A stretch of 64,000 bases of DNA, taken from NCBI GenBank assembly GCA_963692865.2, contig OY843592.1, forward strand, positions 1 to 64,000, given 5' to 3'. The DNA is from a bacterium. GTDB lineage: Bacteria; UBA8248. This document shows positions 60,327 through 64,000 of the stretch, piece by piece; position 1 is the first letter of the stretch, and every line of letters starts with the position of its first letter. The translations under genes were made by a program, and so were the position numbers. The notes under the pieces were generated by a model, which worked only from the letters and a program-made list of their open reading frames with translations, searched no databases and was not told the origin of the DNA.

Positions 60327-60497
60327 GTGGCCACTAGGACGCCAAGAGGCCGGGCCCCAGCCCAGCCTCTTGGTAAAACGGTGGCCCCGTAGCCAACCGT
60401 GGTAGGGACGCTACGGGAGCAGAAAAACAAGCCTCTCAACGATACGCTGCTCCCCAGCATTTTGCAAGCGTCCCTGCCCTTTACTTACGGAAGGGCC
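60327..60497 (+). ncRNA. Candidate structured RNA/leader B inside the IS1595 element
   Basis: Stems GGCCAC/GTGGCC, CCAAGAGGC/GCCTCTTGG, CCCGTAGC/GCTACGGG and GGGAGCAG/CTGCTCCC; alternative pairing GTAGGGACGCT/AGCGTCCCTGC. Confidence 0.45.
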
Positions 60498-60502
60498 GTA
60501 AA

Positions 60503-60739
60503 ATGACGCTTGCTCTTGAAGAAGTGCTCTGCCACCTACCAGAACGAGATCAAAGGAAATTCATCAACCTGCCAGAGGCGAATCGCAACGAACTGCGCGC
60601 CTACATTATGGCATCCGAACGCCTGCCGAGGTCGGCTTCCGATCTGTTTTTGGCACCCGGCACGGTATCGGGTCCAGCCGTAGGCCGAACAAGGGAAGTG
60701 GTGCGTGGAAGGGTAGAAACAACCCCGATTACGATATGA
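60503..60739 (+). CDS. Small hypothetical passenger protein (78 aa)
   Basis: GGAAGG before ATG; convergent 11-bp overlap with the transposase. Confidence 0.45.
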   Translation: MTLALEEVLCHLPERDQRKFINLPEANRNELRAYIMASERLPRSASDLFLAPGTVSGPAVGRTREVVRGRVETTPITI

Positions 60740-61685
60740 GGTCGCGGTAGCGTAGCCGCTTGCCGTTCATGCCATCGCTCATGGCGATGATCTGGTCAAG
60801 CGTATCCAGCGGGCGGATGTTATGCCGCCCCGAAAACTCCGCAACATACCTGTGCAGATGCTTCTGGCTGATCTTGTGGAAGGTGCCATGGTAGCCCCGC
60901 TTTAGTACGGCCCAAAAGCTCTCGATGCCGTTCGTATGGGCCTGCTCTTTCACGTATTCCTTGGCGGAGTGCTTTACGCTTTCGTGCTTGTATTCCCCGC
61001 CGTAGCCATAGCCCAGATGGACGTAGCCCCGGTTCTCGTCGGTAAACAGCGTGGCCCCCGGAGCAACATTCTGGCGAACGAACTGCTTGATCGTTTCGCC
61101 CTTGCCGTCCTCAAGAACCCCGGCCTTTACCCGTCCGGTTTCACGTTCCTTCGCGCCGATGACCGCCACCTTGCCCACGGGGCCGCGCCCTTCCTTCACA
61201 CGCTTGGATTTCGGCTTGTTCTTATCCAGCCCTCCAAAATAGCTTTCATCACATTCCACCGCGCCGGTAAACATACCGCCGTCCGCCTCCAACGCCTTGC
61301 GCAACCTATGGGCCATGAACCACGCGCTTTTTTGCGTGATACCGAACTCCCGGTGTAGCTTCATGCTGGATACGCTCTTGAGGCTGGTGGTGAACATATA
61401 GGTGGCAATCATCCAGTCCTGAAACCCGATCTTGGATCCTTCCATGACCGTGCCCGTCTTCGCGCTGAACCGCTTGGCGCATTCCTTCTCCCGGCACCTG
61501 TACGGCATGGTCTTGTGCTTGGCGCCCGTCTGGACGTTAAGCGACCCGCAGTGCGGGCAACAGATGCCCACGGGCCAGCGTTGCTTCACGAACCATGCTT
61601 CGGCGGTTTCATCGTCAGGGAACATGCGGAAAATCTCTTTGGTGGAAATGCCTTTTCTGTAGTGCTTGCCCGGTGCTTTACCCAT
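60729..61685 (-). CDS. IS1595-family (ISXO2-like) DDE transposase
   Basis: Zn ribbon CPHCG...YRCREKEC; ECDESYFGG, FTDE, HTNGIESFW. Confidence 0.95.
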   Translation of the reverse strand: MGKAPGKHYRKGISTKEIFRMFPDDETAEAWFVKQRWPVGICCPHCGSLNVQTGAKHKTMPYRCREKECAKRFSAKTGTVMEGSKIGFQDWMIATYMFTTSLKSVSSMKLHREFGITQKSAWFMAHRLRKALEADGGMFTGAVECDESYFGGLDKNKPKSKRVKEGRGPVGKVAVIGAKERETGRVKAGVLEDGKGETIKQFVRQNVAPGATLFTDENRGYVHLGYGYGGEYKHESVKHSAKEYVKEQAHTNGIESFWAVLKRGYHGTFHKISQKHLHRYVAEFSGRHNIRPLDTLDQIIAMSDGMNGKRLRYRDLIS

Positions 61686-61723
61686 CGTTTTCTCCCTTTG
61701 CCATCATGGGAGAATAATACTAC

Positions 61724-61762
61724 AAAGTGCCGAAAATGTAAAGCGGGTTTCGGCACTTTCGT
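61724..61762. promoter_or_regulatory. Internal inverted pair of TIR inner-half motifs upstream of the transposase
   Basis: AAAGTGCCGAAA (61724-61735), 12-bp spacer, TTTCGGCACTTTCGT (61748-61762). Confidence 0.7.
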
Positions 61763-61963
61763 GGAAAAATTTCTCAATGTGTTGCATAATCCACAACATT
61801 CTATAATTATTGCGCTAGGATATGTCTCTTGGTCGACTGAGGTGATCCGACCCTAAATTTTCACCGGAGGGACAAATCTATCTGGCGGAAATCGCGCAAT
61901 AAACAGCATTGAAGCGGAAACCAATCAGAAGTCTCAAAAGGAGAATAGATAGGAGATGAGCCG

Positions 61964-62239
61964 ATGCCCATTTTCGCTGTCGCTTTAGGAGAGCGTAACA
62001 ACGAAATAAAAAAAGCTATAGAGAAAGCATATCCCGATGAACATCATGAACTTCAAGACATGTTTTTCCTTATACAAGACCCTGCCAGCGCTAGAGACGT
62101 AGCCGTGAAAATAAGATTGCGAGGCGATAATCAAGTTGAGGATGCGAATGGCGTAGTCTTCAAAATTAACAGTGCATACGCTGGATACACATACAGCGAT
62201 TTGTGGGATTGGCTTGAAAATGCTGAGGGCAAAGAATGA
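61964..62239 (+). CDS. Low-GC passenger protein (91 aa), unknown function
   Basis: AGGAG RBS; AT-rich codons. Confidence 0.7.
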   Translation: MPIFAVALGERNNEIKKAIEKAYPDEHHELQDMFFLIQDPASARDVAVKIRLRGDNQVEDANGVVFKINSAYAGYTYSDLWDWLENAEGKE

Positions 62240-62481
62240 ATGCCAGAAATGAATTAGAAGGAAAGGTGGGTGAGCTTGATGTAGTACAACTTGAGAAGCG
62301 CTTAACGGAATTAGCAACACGCGCAGAAACTTATGCTACCGAGAAAGATATTTCTGACCTAAAGACCCTCATTGAGAATAAAACCTCAAGCTTGCAAAGA
62401 TGGGCCATCGGCGTCCTTATTACTGCGTGTATCACTACCACCATCGCCTTGATACGGCTATTTTCTATCCCTAGCAATTAA
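62236..62481 (+). CDS. Low-GC passenger protein, coiled coil plus C-terminal TM helix
   Basis: ATGA coupling to the previous gene; YATEKDISDLK...WAIGVLITACITTTIALI. Confidence 0.7.
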   Translation: MNARNELEGKVGELDVVQLEKRLTELATRAETYATEKDISDLKTLIENKTSSLQRWAIGVLITACITTTIALIRLFSIPSN

Positions 62482-62741
62482 ATGGGCTTGAATTAACCCA
62501 CTCACCTTTTCGGCACTTTCGTATATAATTCCCATAAAATTGGATAAATTCACGGGGTTTTTCGATAAATTGATGAAAAGATTACCTCCTGTAATTGATT
62601 GTAATAAAAGGAGTTATTACATAAATCTCAGCGCGCCGCACTCAGATATGGCGGTAAAAAAAGTTTTCCGGCAACCCCGCATTTCCCCGCAACAGCCCGC
62701 ATTTCCCCTCGCGCCGCATCACATCGGCAACCCCCCTCCCC

Positions 62742-62931
62742 GGGGCTGTTGAAAAAGCCTGTTCCGGGGTCGGGCGGACACACAGGTCCGCCCCTACGTT
62801 TCGTTTCGCAGAGGTTGGTAGGTCAGACATATCATGCGGCCCGCTTTGTGGAGGCGAAAATCAGGGCCGCATGATATGCGGCCCCTACGGTGAGATCCCG
62901 ACCGGCCCGCAAGGGCTTTTTCAACAGCCCC
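62742..62931. mobile_element. MITE with GTAG REP cargo
   Basis: Perfect 18-bp TIR GGGGCTGTTGAAAAAGCC; TCCCC duplicated at 62737-62741 and 62932-62936. Confidence 0.85.
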
Positions 62932-63049
62932 TCCCCACTCGCGTCGAACCCTCCCTCCCCGGTCGGGTTCGACATATACGAAACGTCTTGTCTGGGCTAT
63001 AATCGCCCCATCCAGCCATCAACATCTGAACCACCATGTGGAGGAAGAC

Positions 63050-64000
63050 ATGGACGAGCTCAAACGACACGCCGTCGACTACCTCGACGGCCAGGCGGGC
63101 GAGGCGCGCGAAATCGCCCGCGAAATCTGGAACTTCGCGGAAATCGCCTTAGAGGAATTCAAGTCCGCGGAACTGCTCGAAGACTTGCTCGAGCAAAATG
63201 GATTCGAGGTTCAGCGCGGCGTGGGAGATCTCCCCACCGCCTTCATCGCGAGATGGGGCGACAGCGGCCCCGCGGTGGGAATTCTCGGGGAATACGACGC
63301 GCTCCCCCACTGCGGCGATTCCCACGAAAAACAGGGCCACGGCTGCGGGCACAACCTCTTCGGCACGGCGAGTTCCTACGCCGCGATTGCGGCCGCTCGC
63401 GCGCTGCAAGAATCGGGGACGAAAGGCCAGGTCGTGTGCTTCGGCTGTCCTGCGGAGGAAACCCTGGAGGGCAAGGTGTACATGGCGCGAGACGGCGCGT
63501 TCGACGGACTCGACGCCGCCGTCACCTGGCATCCCGGCGAGAAGAACTTCACCCGGGGCGGCAGCACGAACGCGATGGACTCCATCGTCTTCGAGTTCTA
63601 CGGCGAGACGGCCCACTCGGCCCGAGACCCGTGGAACGGCAGAAGCGCGCTCGACGGCGTGGAAATCATGAACTACGGCGTCAACATGATGCGCGAGCAC
63701 GTCATCGAGCCGGTCAAGATCCACTACGTGATCACCGACGGCGGGGTGGCGCCCAACGTCGTGCCCTCCTATTCGCGCGTGTGGTACTACGTCCGCGCGC
63801 CAAAAAGGGCGATGGTCAACGAACTGAGCGAGCGCGTGCGAAACTGCGCGAAGGCCGGCGCGCTGGCGTCCGGCACCACGATGAAGGAAACCCTGCTCAC
63901 CGCCGTGTACGAGAATCTGCCCAACAGCGCCCTCGCCAATTGCGTGCAGCGAAACCTCGAATTCGTGGGCGCGCATACCTATACGGAAGATGCGAAGGAA
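63050..64000 (+). CDS. M20-family amidohydrolase (AbgB-like), 3'-truncated by window edge
   Basis: GGAGG RBS; MDELKRHAVDYLD...GEYDALP...GHGCGHNLFG...GCPAEE...GRSALDGVE; absent from the ORF track because it is open at the edge. Confidence 0.9.
   Translation, partial: MDELKRHAVDYLDGQAGEAREIAREIWNFAEIALEEFKSAELLEDLLEQNGFEVQRGVGDLPTAFIARWGDSGPAVGILGEYDALPHCGDSHEKQGHGCGHNLFGTASSYAAIAAARALQESGTKGQVVCFGCPAEETLEGKVYMARDGAFDGLDAAVTWHPGEKNFTRGGSTNAMDSIVFEFYGETAHSARDPWNGRSALDGVEIMNYGVNMMREHVIEPVKIHYVITDGGVAPNVVPSYSRVWYYVRAPKRAMVNELSERVRNCAKAGALASGTTMKETLLTAVYENLPNSALANCVQRNLEFVGAHTYTEDAKE

Larger units (their letters stand above)
59267..62533 (-). mobile_element. IS1595-family element with passenger genes (3267 bp)
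   Basis: Perfect 26-bp TIR GGGAATTATATACGAAAGTGCCGAAA (59267-59292 and 62508-62533); 8-bp TSD ATAAAATT (59259-59266 and 62534-62541). Confidence 0.95.

Noticed and set aside
60060-60497. tRNA, tmRNA or retron msr-msd identity for the structured region
   Set aside because: No T-loop/anticodon cloverleaf, no tag reading frame recognised, and no reverse transcriptase in the window; left as unassigned candidate RNAs

Overview
GC-rich bacterial chromosomal window, mostly housekeeping and catabolic genes: fumC, acnA, rlmN, nth, folD-xseA-xseB-ispA-dxs-tlyA, cysE-iscS-iscU, greA, ispB, maf, thiI, a hydantoinase/oxoprolinase A+B pair and a ferredoxin-fused molybdopterin oxidoreductase. The intergenic spaces hold a dense set of small palindromic repeats and mobile elements. 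(1) Two copies of a ~600-bp cassette in which a small GIY-YIG nuclease gene is bracketed by CGTC-type palindromes, with nuclease-less doublets of the same palindrome elsewhere. (2) A RAYT transposase with cognate GTAG-type REPs. (3) MITEs with TGTTGAAAAA ends and 5-bp target duplications. (4) An IS1111-type IS110 element whose downstream non-coding region visibly carries both target guides for the hairpin it inserted into. (5) A 3267-bp IS1595-family transporter element with perfect 26-bp TIRs and an 8-bp TSD, carrying small passenger genes and a highly structured non-coding region with divergent promoter-like motifs. (6) An Eco29kI-like type II R-M system next to a collapsed duplicate of itself. 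I saw no CRISPR array, rRNA or tRNA. All calls come from reading the sequence and recognising motifs; no searches were run.
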